Shown here piece after piece: positions 1-14,336 of a DNA stretch of 64,000 bases (its first letter is position 1; every line of letters begins with the position of its first letter). Both the position numbers and the translations under genes were made by a program. Below the pieces are notes generated by a model that was not told where the DNA came from, did not search any database, and saw only the letters and a list, made by a program, of their open reading frames with translations. Source of the stretch: the human T2T-CHM13v2.0 reference genome, Homo sapiens; assembly GCF_009914755.1 (NCBI RefSeq), contig NC_060940.1; one strand, 5' to 3'.

Positions 1-1659
1 TTTGATAATGATTCTACTAGAGTCCATTCAATGACTCCATTCGAGTCCATTCAACAATTCCATTCGACTCCATTTGATGATTCCATTCGATTCCATTTGA
101 TGATTCCATTCGAGTCCATTTAATCATTACAGTCGAGTCCATTTGGTGATTCCACCGGATTTCTTTTGATAATGATACCATTCAATTACATTTGATGATG
201 ATCCCATTCAATTTCATTTGATGGTGATTCCATTAGAGTCCATTCGATGATTTCATTCGAGTCCCTTCATTGATTCCATCCGATTTCATTGGATGATGAC
301 TCCATTCGAGTCCATTCGATGATTCCACTCGATTCCATTAGATGATTCCATTGGAGTCCATTTGATTGTTCCATTCGATTCCATTCGATTTCTTTCGAAG
401 ATTATTCCATTTGAGTCCATTCGATGATGATTCCATTCCATTCCATTCGATGATTCCGTTTGATTCCATTCGATGATTCCCTTCGATTCCTTTCTTTGAT
501 GATTCCATTCCATTCCATTCAATGATTCCATTCGAATCTATTCCATGATGATTCCTTTCGATTCCATTCGCTGATGTTTCCTTTCAATTCCATTCGATGA
601 TGATTCCATTCGATTCCATTCATTGAGGATTCCATTTGATTCCATTCAATGATGATTCCGTTCTATTCCATTCAATGATTGCATTCAATTCCATTCAATG
701 ATTATCCCCTTAGAGTAAACTCAACGATTCCATTCAATACCATTCGATGGTGATTCCTTTTGAGTCCATTCAATGATTTCATTCAAGTCCATTTGATGAT
801 TCCTTTCAATTCCATTCTATGATGATTCCATTCGAGTCCATTCGATGATTCCATTCGATTGCATTCGATGATTCCATTATATTCCAGTCAACGATGATTC
901 CATTCGAGTCCATTCGATGATTCCATTAGAGTACATTTAATGATTGCTTTGTTTTCAATTCGAAGATGATTACATTGGATTCCATTCTATGATACCATTC
1001 GATTCCATTCAATGATGATTCCACTCAAATCCATTGGATGATTCCATTCGTGTCCATTCGGTGATTTCATTAGATTCCATTCGAGGATGATTCCATTCGA
1101 TTCCATTCGATGATTCCATTCAATTCCATTCGATGATGATTCCATTCCAGTCCATATGATCATTCCATTTGATTTCATTCGATGATGATTCCATTTGATT
1201 CCATTCGATGATTCCATTCTATTCCATTCGATGATGATTCCATTCGAGTCCATTCGATGATTCCATTCGAGTCCATTTAATGATTCCATTGGGTTCAATT
1301 CAATGATGATTACATTGGATTCCGTTCTATGATTCCATTCAATTCCTTTCATTGACAATTTGATTCCATTCGATGATGATTCAATTTGAGTTCATTCGAT
1401 GATTCTATTCGATTCTCTTCGATGGTGATTCAATTCTATTATATTGGATGATTCCATTCGATTCCATTTGATGTTGATTCAATTCGATTCTATTCGATGA
1501 TGATTCCATTGGATTTCACTTGATGATTCTATTCGATTCCATTCAATGATGATTCACTTCTCGTCCATTGGATGATTCCATTTCATTCCATTCGATGATG
1601 ATTTCCTTCGATTCCATGCGACGGTGAGCAATTCGATTCAATTCCATGATGATTCTATT

Positions 1660-1670
1660 TGATTCAATTA
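1660..1670 (-). promoter_or_regulatory. DUX4-consensus site TAATTGAATCA (second copy at 52313-52323)
   Basis: The + strand reads TGATTCAATTA; its reverse complement matches TAAYYBAATCA. DUX4 binding and activation of HSATII is established, but occupancy here is untested. Confidence 0.45.
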
Positions 1671-2033
1671 GATGATGTTTCCATTCGAATCCATTCCATG
1701 ATTATTCCATTGGAATCCATTCGGCGATGATTCCATATGAGTCAATTCAATGATGATTCCATATGGGTCCGTTCGATGATAATTCCATTTGATTTCATTC
1801 AATGCTTCTATTCTATTCCAGTCGATGATGATTCCGTTGGAGTCCATACGATGATTCCATTTGATTTCATTTGATGATGATTCCATTCGATGATGATTAC
1901 ATTGGATTCCATTCTATGATTCCATTCAATTCCATTCGTTGATGATTCGATTCCATTCAATGATGATTCCATTTGAGTTCATTCGATGATTCTATTCGAT
2001 TCCGTTCGATGGTGATTCAATTCTATTATATTG

Positions 2034-5000
2034 GATGATTCCACTCGATTCCATTTGATGATTATTCCATTGGAGTCCACTTAGTGAATCCTTTAGATTC
2101 TACTCGAAGATGATTCCATTCGAGTCCATTCAATGATAGCATTCAATTTCATTCGTTGATGCTTCCATTCAAGTGCATTCGATGATATCATTCGATTCCA
2201 TTTGATGATAATTCCATTTGATTCCATGCGATGATTCTATTCGATTCCATTCAATGATAATTCCATTCAATTCAGTGATTCCTCTGGACTCCATTTGATG
2301 ATGATACCATTCAATGATTCCATTCGATTCTATTCGAAAATGATTCCATTTGAATCCATTTGATGATGATTCCATTAGATTCCATTTGATGATTCCATTC
2401 GATTGCATTTGACGATGATTCCATTCGATTCCATTTGATGATTCCATTCTATTCTATTCGATGATGATTCCATTCGATTCCATTTGATGATGATTGGATT
2501 CGATTCCATTTGATGATTTCATTTGATTCCATTCGTTAATGATTTCGATCAACTCCATTCGATGATTCCATTTGATTCCATTCGATAATGATTACATCCG
2601 AGTCCATTCGATGATTCCATTTGAGCCCGTTCGATAATTCCATTTGAGTCCAATCAATGATTCCATTCATTTCCATTCAATGATTCCATTCGAGTCCATT
2701 TGATCATTCTGGTAGGGTCCGTTCGATGTTGATTCCATTGGAGTGCATTCGATGATTCCATTCGAGTCCATTTTATGATTTGATTCGAGTCCTTTCGATG
2801 ATTCCATTCGATTCCACTCGATGATGATTTCATTCGAGTCCATTCGACACTTCCAATCGATTCCATTTGATGTTTCCATTCGAGTCCAATTGATGATTCC
2901 ATTCAATTGCATTCGATGATGATTCCGTACGACTCCATTCTGTGATGATTCCATGTGATTGCATTCAATGATGATTCCTTTCGACTGCATTTGATTATGA
3001 TTCATTTCGTGTTCATTCTATGGTTCCACAGGTTTCCATTCGATGACGTTTCCGTTCGTGTCCATTCCATTATTCCATTCTATTTCATTTGATGATGATT
3101 CCATTCGATTCCATTCATTGGTGATTCCACTCAATTCCATTCAATGATTCCATTCCATTTCTTTCAACAATGATTCCATTACTTTCTATTCGATGATCCA
3201 CTTGATTCCATTTGGCGATGATTCTATTCGTGTCCATTCGATGATTCCATTTGATTCCATATGATGATGATTCCATTCGATTCCATACCATGATGATTCC
3301 ATTCGAGTCCATTCAATGGTGATTCCATTCAATTCCATTCGATGATTCCTTCCGATTCCATTCGATGATGATGGCATTCGATTCCTTTCAATCATTCCCT
3401 TTGATTCCATTCAAAGGTGATTTCATTCAAGTCCATTCGATAATTGCATTCGATTCCATTCTATGATGATTCCATTCGAGTCCATTTGATGATTCCATTC
3501 AATTCAAGTCAATGATGATTCCATTTAATTCCACTCGATGATTCCATTGGATTCAATTCGATGATGATTCCATTCAAATCCATTCGATAATTCAATTCAA
3601 GTCCATTCGATGATGATTCCAATCGAATCCATTCAAAGATTCCATTCAATTCCATTCGATGATGATTCCCTTAGATTCCATTCGATGATTCCACTTGATT
3701 CCATTTACGATGATTCCATTCGATTCCATGTGATGAATCCATTCAATTCTATTCAATGATGTTTCCATTTGATTCCATTGGACCATGATTGCCTTTGATT
3801 CCATTCAATGATTCCATTCGGTTCCATTTGATGATGATTCCGTTCGATTCCATTTCATTATTCCATTTGATTCCATTGGATGAGTCCATTCGATTACATT
3901 CGATGATTATTCCATTCGAGTGCATTAGATGATTGCATTCGAGTCCATTCGATGATTCCATTCGATTCCATTCGATGTTGATTCTGTTCAAATCCATTCG
4001 ATGATTCCACTCGATTCCATTCGATGACTCCATTTGATCCCATTCGATGATTTCCTGTGATTCCCTTTGATGATCATTCTATTTGATTCAATTCGGTGAT
4101 TTCATTTCATTCCATTCAGTGATGTTTCCATTCGACTGTATTCGATGATGATTCCATTCGACTCCATTCGATTATGATTTCATTCAATTCCATTCAATAA
4201 TGATTCCCTTCGAGTCCATTCGATGATTCCATTCGATTCCATTCAACGATGATTTGATTCGTTTCCATTCGATGATTCCATTTGATTCCACTTGATGATG
4301 ATTCCATTCGAGTCCATTTGATGATTCCATTCGAGTCTATTTATGTATTATATTCGTGTCCGCTTCATGATTCCATTCAATTCCATTTAATGTTGATTCC
4401 ATTTGATTCCATTTGATGATTCAGTTCGATTCCTTGCAATGATTCCCTACGATTCCTTTCTATGATGATTCCATTCGATTCCATTCATTGATGATTTCAT
4501 TCGACTCCATTCGATGATGATTCCTTTCGATTCCATTTGACGATGTTTCCATTCGAGTCCATTCGATGATGATTCTATTCAATTCTGTTCTATTATGATT
4601 CCATTCGATTTCATTCAATGCTTCTATTTGATTCCATTCGATGATGATTCCATCTCTTTCCCTTCGATGATTCCATTTGATTCCATTCAGTGATGATTCC
4701 ATTTGATTCCATCTGATGATGATTTCACTTGATTCCTTTCAATGATGATTCAATTCAAGTCCATTCGATGATTCCATTGGAGTCCAAACGATCATTCCGT
4801 TCGATTCCATTCAATGGTGATTCCATTCATGTCCATTCGATGAATCCATTCAATTCCATTCGATGATGACTCCATTCGAGTACATTCGATGATGACTCCA
4901 TTCGAGTACATTCGATGATTCCATTTGATTCCATTTGAAGATGATTCCATTCAATTCCATTCGAAGATGATTCCATTCAATTCCATTCGATGATGATTCC

Positions 5001-7993
5001 GTATGAATCCATTCTCTGATTATTCCATTCGATTCCATTCATTGACGATTCCATTCAATTCCATTCAATGATGATTCTCTTCTATTCCATTCGATGATTC
5101 CGGTCGATTCCATTCGATGATGATTCCATTAGATTCCATTCGATTGTTGCATTCGATTCCCTTCGATGATGATTCCTTTGAATTCCATTCGATTATCATT
5201 CCGTATGAATCCATTTGATGATTATTCCATTGGATTCCTTTCGATGATGATTCCATTCGATTCCATTTGATGATGTTTCTCTTGTATTCCATTGGATAAT
5301 TCCTTTCAGTTCCCTTCGATGATTATTCTTTCGAGTCAATTCGATGATTCTATTCCATTCCCTTCGATGATGATTCCATTTCACTCCATTTGATGATTCC
5401 ATTCGACTCAATTTGGTGATGATTCAATTCGATGACATTCGATGACTCCATTCAATTTCATTTGATGATGATTACATTCGAGTCCATTTGATGATTGTAT
5501 TCCTTTCCTTTTGATGATTATTCCATGCGTGTCTATTCAAAGGTTCCATTCTATTCCATTCAATGATGATTGCATTTGATTCCATTCAATGATTATGGCT
5601 ATCGATTCCACTCGTTGATTCCATTTGATTCCGTTCGATGATTATTCCGTTAGATTCCATTAGAAGATTCCATTCGATTTTATTCAATGATTCCAATGGA
5701 TTCCATTCAATGATGATTCCATTCGACTCCATTCAGTGATTCCATTCGAGTCCATTTGATGATTCCATTCTTTTCCATTTGATGATGATTCCATTAGGGT
5801 CCATTCAATGATTCCATTCGAGTCCATTCGTTAATGCCTTTCGAGTCCTTTTGATCACTACATTCGAGTCCATTCAATGATTCTATTCGATTCCATTCCA
5901 TGATGATTCCATTCGAGTTCATTCGATGATTGCATTCGAGTCCATTTGATGATTCCATATGATTCCATTCGACAATGATTCCATTCGTGTCCATTTGATG
6001 ATTCCATTCATTTCCTATCGATGAAGATTCCATTCAAGTGTATTCGATGATTCCATTCAAATCCATTCGATGATGATTCCATTCCAGTCCATTCGATCAT
6101 TCCACTTGATTCCATTTGATGACTATTCCATTCAAATCCATTTGATGATTCCATTCGATTCCATTCGATGTTACCATTCGAGTATATACGATGATTCCAC
6201 TCGATTCCATTTGATGATTATTCCATTGGAGTCCACTTAGTGAATCCTTTAGATTCTACTCGAAGATGATTCCATTCGAGTCCATTCGATGATACCATTC
6301 AATTCCATTCGTTGATGCTTCCATTCAAGTGCATTCGATGATATCATTCGATTCCATTTGATGATAATTCCATTTGATTCCATGCGATGATTCTATTCGA
6401 TTCCATTCAATGATAATTCCATTCAATTCAGTGATTCCTCTGGACTCCATTTGATGATGATTCCATTCAATGATTCCATTCGATTCTATTCGAAAATGAT
6501 TCCATTTGAATCCATTTGATGATGATTCCATTGGATTCCATTTGATGATTCCATTCGATTCCATTCGATGATGATTCCATTCGATTCCTTTTGATGAATC
6601 CATTCTATTGTATTCGATGATGATTCCATTCGATTCCATTCGATGATGATTGGATTCGATTCCATTTGATGATTTCATTTGATTCCATTCGATAAGGATT
6701 TCGATCAACTCCATTCAATGATTCCATTCGATTCCATTCGATAATGATTACATCCGAGTCCATTCGATGATTCCATTTGAGCCCGTTCGATAATTCCATT
6801 TGAGTCCAATCAATGATTCCATTCATTTCCATTCAATGATTCCATTCGAGTCCATTTGATCATTCCGGTAGGGTCCGTTCGATGTTGATTCCATTGGAGT
6901 GCCTTCGATGATTCCATTCGAGTCCATTTTATGATTTGATTCGAGTCCTTTCGATGATTCCATTCGATTCCACTCGATGATTTCATTCGAGTCCATTCGA
7001 CACTTCCAATCGATTCCATTTGATGTTTCCATTCGATTCCAATTGATGATTCCATTCAATTCCATTCGATGATGATTCCGTACGATTCCATTCTGTGATG
7101 ATTCCATGTGATTGCATTCAATGATGATTCCTTTCGATTGCATTCGATTATGATTCATTTCGTGTTCATTCTATGGTTCCACAGGTTTCCATTCGATGAT
7201 GTTTCCATTCGTGTCCATTCCATTATTCCATTCTATTCCATTTGAAGATGATTCCATTCGATTCCATTCATTGGTGATTCCACTCAATTCCATTCAATGA
7301 TTCCATTCCATTTCTTTCAACAATGATTCCATTAGTTTCTATTCGATGATCCACTTGATTCCATTTGACGATGATTCCATTCATGTCCATTCGATGATTC
7401 CATTTGATTCCATATGATGATGATTCCATTCGATTCCATACGATGATGATTCCATTCGAGTCCATTCAATGGTGATTCCATTCAATTCCATTCGATGATT
7501 CCTTTCGATTCCATTCAATGATGATGGCATTCGATTCCTTTCGATCATTCCCTTTGATTCCATTCAAAGGTGATTTCATTCAAGTCCATTCGATAATTGC
7601 ATTCGATTCCATTCTATGATGATTCCATTCGAGTCCATTTGATGATTCCATTCAATTCAAGTCAATGATGATTCCATTCGATTCCACTCGATGATTCCAT
7701 TGGATTCCATTCGATGATGATTCCATTCAAATCCATTCGATAATTCAATTCAAGTCCATTCGATGATGATTCCAATCGAATCCATTCAAAGATTCCACTC
7801 AATTCCATTCGATGATGATTCCCTTAGATTCCATTCGATGATTCCACTTGATTCCATTTACGATGATTCCATTCGATTCCACGTGATGATTCCATTCAAT
7901 TCTATTCAATGATGTTTCCACTTGATTCCATTCGAACATGATTGCCTTTGATTCCATTCAATGATTCCATACGGTTCCATTTGATGATGATTC
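2034..7993 (+). repeat. Dispersed direct repeat of about 1.8 kb at 2034-3840 and 6190-7993 (offset 4,156/4,153)
   Basis: 'ccactcgattccatttgatgattattccattggagtccacttagtg' occurs at 2041 and 6197; pseudo-ORFs 2169/6325, 2654/6810 and 3115/7268 match. Confidence 0.85.
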
Positions 7994-10900
7994 CATTCGA
8001 GTCCATTCGATGATTCCATTAGAGTACATTTAATGATTGCTTTGTTTTCAATTCGAAGATGATTACATTGGATTCCATTCTATGATACCATTCGATTCCA
8101 TTCAATGATGATTCCACTCAAATCCATTGGATGATTCCATTCGTGTCCATTCGGTGATTTCATTAGATTCCATTCGAGGATGATTCCATTCGATTCCATT
8201 CGATGATTCCATTCAATTCCATTCGATGATGATTCCATTCCAGTCCATATGATCATTCCATTTGATTTCATTCGATGATGATTCCATTCGATTCCATTCG
8301 ATGATTCCATTCAATTCCATTCTCCGATGATTTCTTTTGAGCCCATTCAATGCTTCCACTCGATTCCATATGATGATGACTCCATTTGATGAAATTCCAT
8401 GATGATTCCATTCGCTTGCATTCGATGATGATTCCACTTGAGTCCGTTAGAAGATTCTATTCAATTACATTCCATGACGATTCTGTTCGAGTCCATTTGA
8501 TGATTCCATTAGACTCCATTCGACGATGATTCCATTCGATGTTATTCGATGATGATTCCATTCAACTCCATTCGATGTTTCCATTCGAGTTCATTCTATT
8601 ATTCCATTAGATTCCATTCGATGATGATTCCATTCGATTCCATTTGATGATTGCATTCTATTTCATTTGATGATGATTCCATTCGAGTCCATTCGATGAT
8701 TCCATTCGAGTCCATTTAATGAATCCATTGGTTTCAATTCTATGATGATTACATTGGATTCCATTCGTTGATGATTTCATTCGATTCCATTCAATGATGA
8801 TTCCATTCAATTCCATTCAATGATTCCATTCAATTCCATACGATGATGATTCCATTTGATTTGATTCGACAGTGAGCCATTCGATTCAATTCCATGATGA
8901 TTCTATTTGATTCAATTGGTTGACATTTCCATTCGATTCCATTCGATGATGATTCCATTTGATTCCATTCAAACATGATTCCATTCTAGCCCATTCAATC
9001 ATTCCATTCGATTCTATTCAATGATGATTCCATTCATGTCGATTTGGTGATTCCATTTGACTTCATTTGATGATGATTCCTTTCAAGTTCATTAGATGAT
9101 TCCATTCGATTCCATTTGATGATGATCCCATTCGAGTCCATTCAGTGATTCCACTCGTTTCCATTCCATGATGATTCCATTCCATTCCATTCAATGATTC
9201 CATTCGATTCCGTTTGATGATGATTCCATTAGAGTCCATTTAATGATTCCATTTGATTCCAGTCTCTGATGTTTACATTCGAGTCCATACGATGATTCCA
9301 CTCAATTCCATATGATGATGATTCCATTCGATTCCATTCGATGATTCCATTCTATTCTATTCAATGGTGATTCCATTCGAGTACATTAGATGATTCCATT
9401 CGATTCCATTCAATGATGATTCTACTTGTGTCCCTTAGATGATTCCACATGATTCCATTAGATGATGATACTATTTGAGCCCATCCAATGATTCCCTTCG
9501 ATTCCATTCGATGAGGATTCCATTCGATTCAATTCATTGGTGATTCTATTCAATTCAATTCTTTGATTCCATTCCATTCCATTCGACAATGATTCCATTC
9601 GATTTCTTTCGATGATTCCACTCGATTTCACTTGACATTGATTCCATTCGATTCCATTCAATGATTCCATTTGATTCCAGTGGATGATTATTGCCGTCGA
9701 TTCCATTCGATCACTCCATTCTGTTCCATTTGATGATGATTACATTCGATTCCATTTGATGATTCCATCTGATTCTATTCGAGGATTCCATTTGATTCCA
9801 TTCGATGATGATTCCATTCGAGTCCATTCGATGGTTTCATTCGAGTACATCCAATGATTCCATTCGAGTCCATTTGATGATTCCATTTCATTCCATTTGA
9901 TTATGATTCTACTAGAGTCCATTCAATGACTCCATTCGAGTCCATTCAACAGTTCCATCCGAGTCCATTCGATGATTCCATTCGATTCCATTTGATGATT
10001 CCATTCGAGTCCATTTAATCATTACAGTCGAGTCCATTTGGTGATTCCACTGGATTTCTTTTGATAATGATACCATTCAATTACATTTGATGATGATCCC
10101 ATTCAATTTCATTTGATGATGATTCCATTAGAGTCCATTCCATGATTTCATTCGAGTCCCTTCATTGATTCCATCCGATTTCATTTCATGATGACTCCAT
10201 TCGAGTCCATTCGATGATTCCACTCGATTCCTTTAGATGATTCCATTGGAGTCCATTTGATTGTTCCATTCGATTCCATTCGATTCCTTTCGAAGATTAT
10301 TCCATTTGAGTCCATTCGATGATGATTCCATTCCATTCCATTCGATGATTCCGTTTGATTCCATTCGATGATTCCCTGCGATTCCTTTCTATGATGATTC
10401 CATTCCATTCCATTCAATGATTCCATTCGAATCTATTCCATGATGATTCCTTTCGATTCCATTCGCTGATGTTTCCGTTCAATTCCATTCGATGATGATT
10501 CCATTCGATTCCATTCATTGAGTATTCCATTGGATTCCATTCAATGATGATTCCATTCTATTCCATTCAATGATTGCATTCAATTCCATTCAATGATTAT
10601 GCCATTAGAGTAAATTCAACGATTCCATTCAATACCATTCGATGATGATTCCTTTTGAGTCCATTCAATGATTTCATTCAAGTCCATTTGATGATTCCTT
10701 TCAATTCCATTCCATGATGATTCCATTCGAGTCCATTCGATGATTCCATTCGATTGCATTCGATGATTCCATTATATTCCATTCAACGATGATTCCATTC
10801 GAGTCCATTCGATGATTCCATTAGAGTACATTTAATGATTGCTTTGTTTTCAATTCGAAGATGATTACATTGGATTCCATTCTATGATTCCATTCGATTG

Positions 10901-13900
10901 CATTCATTGATGATTCCACCCAATTCCATTCGATGATGATTCCATTCGATTTCAATGATTCTACTCGATTCCATTCAATGATGATTCAATTCTATTCCGT
11001 TTGATGATTCCATTAGATTCCATTCTATGATGATTCCATTCGAGTCCATTCGAAGATTTCATTCGATTACATTCCATGACGATTCCATTCGAGTCCATTC
11101 GATGATTCCATTTGAATCCATTCGACGATGATTCCATTTGATGCTATCCGATGATTCCATTGGATTCCATTCGATGATGATTCCATTCGACTTGATTTGA
11201 TGTTTCTATTTGAGTCCATTCGGTTATTTTATTAGACTACATTCGATGATGATTCCATTCGATGCCATTCAATGATTCCATTTGATTCCACTCAATGATG
11301 ATTGCATTCGTGTCCATTCGATGATTCCATTTGGTTCCATTTGATGATGATTCCATTCGAGTCCATTCGATGATACCATTCAATTCCATTCGATGATCAT
11401 TCCATTCGAATCCATTTGATGATTCCACTCAATTCCATTTGATGACTCCTTTCATTCCCATTCGATGATTCCCTTCAGTTCCAATTGGATGATCTTTCCA
11501 TTTGATTCAATATGGTGACTCCATTCTATTATATTCAATGATGATTCCATTCGACTCCATTAGATGATGACTCCATTCCATTCCATTCGATTGTGATTTC
11601 ATTCGATTCCATTCGAAGATGATTCCATTCGAGTCCATTTGATGATTCCATTCGATTCCATTCAATGATGATTCCACTCAAATCCATTGGATGATTCCAT
11701 TCGTTTCCAATTGGTGATTTCATTAGATTCCATTCGAGGATGATTCTATTCGAGTCCATTCAATGATTCCATTGGATTCCGTTTGATAATGATTCCATTA
11801 GAGTTCATTCGATGATTCCCTTCGAGTCCATTCGATTATTTCTTTTGATTCCATTTGATGATGATTCCATTCGATTCCATTCAATGATTCCATTCCATTC
11901 CATTCGATGATGATTCCATTCGATAATGATTACATTCGAGCCCATGTGATGATTCCATTAGATTCTATTCAATGATGATTCCATTCGACCACATTCGATG
12001 ATGGCATTCGAGTCCATTCGATGATTTCACTCGATTCCACTTGATGATGATTCCTTTTGAGTCCATTTGATGATTACATTCGAGTCCATGAGATGACTCC
12101 ATTCGATTCCATTTCATGATGATGCAATTCGAGGCTATTCGATCATCCCATTTTAGTGCATTCGGTGATTCTCTTTTATTACATTCGATGAGGGCTCCAT
12201 TCGAGTCCATTCAATGATTCCATTAGATTCCACTCGATGATGATTCCATTTGAGTCCATTCAAAGATTCCTTTCGAGTCCATTCGATAATTCTATTGGAT
12301 TCCACTAGGTGATGATTCCTTTCGAGTCAATTCGATGATTCCTTTCAAGTGCCTTCAATGATTCCATTCGATTCCATTCGATGACGATTCATTTCAAGTC
12401 CATTCAATGGTTCCATTCTGTTGAATTTGATGGTTCCATTTGATTCCATTCGATGATGATTCCATTCGTGTCCATTGGATGATTCCATTCGATTCCTTTC
12501 GAGGAAGATTCCATTCGACTCCATTCGATGATTCCGTTCGATTCCATTCCATGATGATTCCATTTGATTCCATTCCATGATTCCATTCGATACCATTCGA
12601 TGATGATTCCATTCGACTCCATTTGATGAATCCATTCAATGCTTCCATTCGAGTCCATTCGATGATTCCATTCGATTCCATTCCATGAAGATTCCATTCG
12701 AGTACATTTGATGATTCCATTTAATTCCATAGGATGATGATTCTATTAGGGTCCGTTGACTATTCCATTCAATTCCATTCGAAGACTCCATTCGAGTCCA
12801 CTCGATGATTCTATTTGATTCCATTTGATAATTCCATTCGATTCCATTTGATGTTGATTCCATTCGAGTCCATTCGATCATTATTACATTTGATTCTATT
12901 CGATGATTCCATTCGATTCCATTTGATGAGGATTCCATTCGAGACCATTTGATGATTCCATTCAATTCCATTGGATGATTCCAATATTTTCCATTAGATG
13001 ATGATTCCATTCGATTCCATTCAATGATGATTCCATCAGAATCCATTCGATGATGACTCCTTTTGCTTCCATTCAATGATCATTACATTCGGTTCCATTC
13101 GATGATGATTCCTTTGGATTCCATTCGATGATGCTTCCATTCGATTCCATTTGATGATGATTCTTTTCGATTCCATTTGATGATGATTCCATTTGATTCC
13201 ATTCGATGGTGATTCCATTTGATGATTCCATTCGATTGTATTCGATGATGATTCCACTCGATTCTATTTGATGATGACTGCATTCGATTCCATTTGATGA
13301 TTCCATTTGATTCCATTCGATGATGATTCTGATCAATTGCATTCGATGATCCATTCGATTCCATTTGATGGTTCCATTTGATTCCATTTGATAATGATTC
13401 CTTTCGAGTCCATTCGATGATTCCATTTGCGGATATTCGATAATTCCATTTGAGTCCAACCGATGATTCCATTCGAGGCCATTCAATCATTCTTTTTGAG
13501 TCCTTTCGATAAAGATTCCATTTTAGTCCATTCAATAATTCCACTGGAGTCCATTCGATGATTGCTTTTAATTCCATTCGATGATATTCCATTCGAGTCC
13601 ATTCGATGATTCCATTCGTTGCTATTAGATGATGATTCCATTCATGACCATTTGGTGATTCCATTCGATTTCATTCGTTGATGATTCCATTCGAGTCCAT
13701 TCCATGATTCCATTCAAGTCCATTTGATGATTTCTTTGAATTCAATTCGATGATGATTCCATTCGAGTCCATTCGATGATTCCATTCAGTTCCATTCGAT
13801 GATGATTCCTTTCGAGACCATATGATGATTCCATTTGATTTCATTCGATGATGATTCCATTCGATTCCATTCGATGATTCCATTCTATTCCATTCGATGA

Positions 13901-14325
13901 TGATTCCATTCGAGTCCATTTAATGATTCCATTGGGTTCAATTCAATGATGATTACATTGGATTCTCTTCTATGATACCATTCAATTCCGTTCATTGACA
14001 ATTTGATTCCATTCGATGATGATTCCATTTGAGTTCATTCGATGATTCTATTCGATTCTCTTCGATGGTGATTCAATTCTATTATATTGGATGATTCCAT
14101 TCGATTCCATTTGATGTTGATTCAATTCGATTCTATTCGATGATGATTCCATTGGATTTCATTTGATGATTCTATTCGATTCCATTCAATGATGATTCAC
14201 TTCTCGTCCATTGGATGATTCCATTTCATTCCATTCGATGATGATTCCATTCGATTCCATTCGATGATTCCATTTGATTCCATTCGACGGTGAGCAATTC
14301 GATTCAATTCCATGATGATTCTATT

Positions 14326-14336
14326 TGATTCAGTTA
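14326..14336 (-). promoter_or_regulatory. DUX4-consensus site TAACTGAATCA (copies at 26986 and 39646)
   Basis: The + strand reads TGATTCAGTTA; motif match only. Confidence 0.45.

Larger units (their letters stand above)
1..9220 (+). repeat. 'Outer' rearranged HSat2 block, copy 1 (recurs about 50.65 kb downstream)
   Basis: Offsets are 50,653 (286/50939, 987/51640, 3749/54402), then 50,627 (5065/55692, 8080/58707) after a 26-bp duplication at 4861-4912. Confidence 0.9.

Noticed and set aside
500-522. Short (CATTC)3-4 runs as HSat3 or HSF1-bound Satellite III
   Set aside because: They are only 3-4 pentamers arising from CG>CC/A variants within an HSat2 context; there is no extended HSat3 block.
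13083-13664. Longest ORF (193 aa; copies at 25743 and 38403) and all other minus-strand ORFs as protein-coding genes
   Set aside because: They are low-complexity translations of the GGAAT/CATCATC repeat, overlap in all three frames, have no recognisable domain, and open or close with single SNPs between repeat copies.
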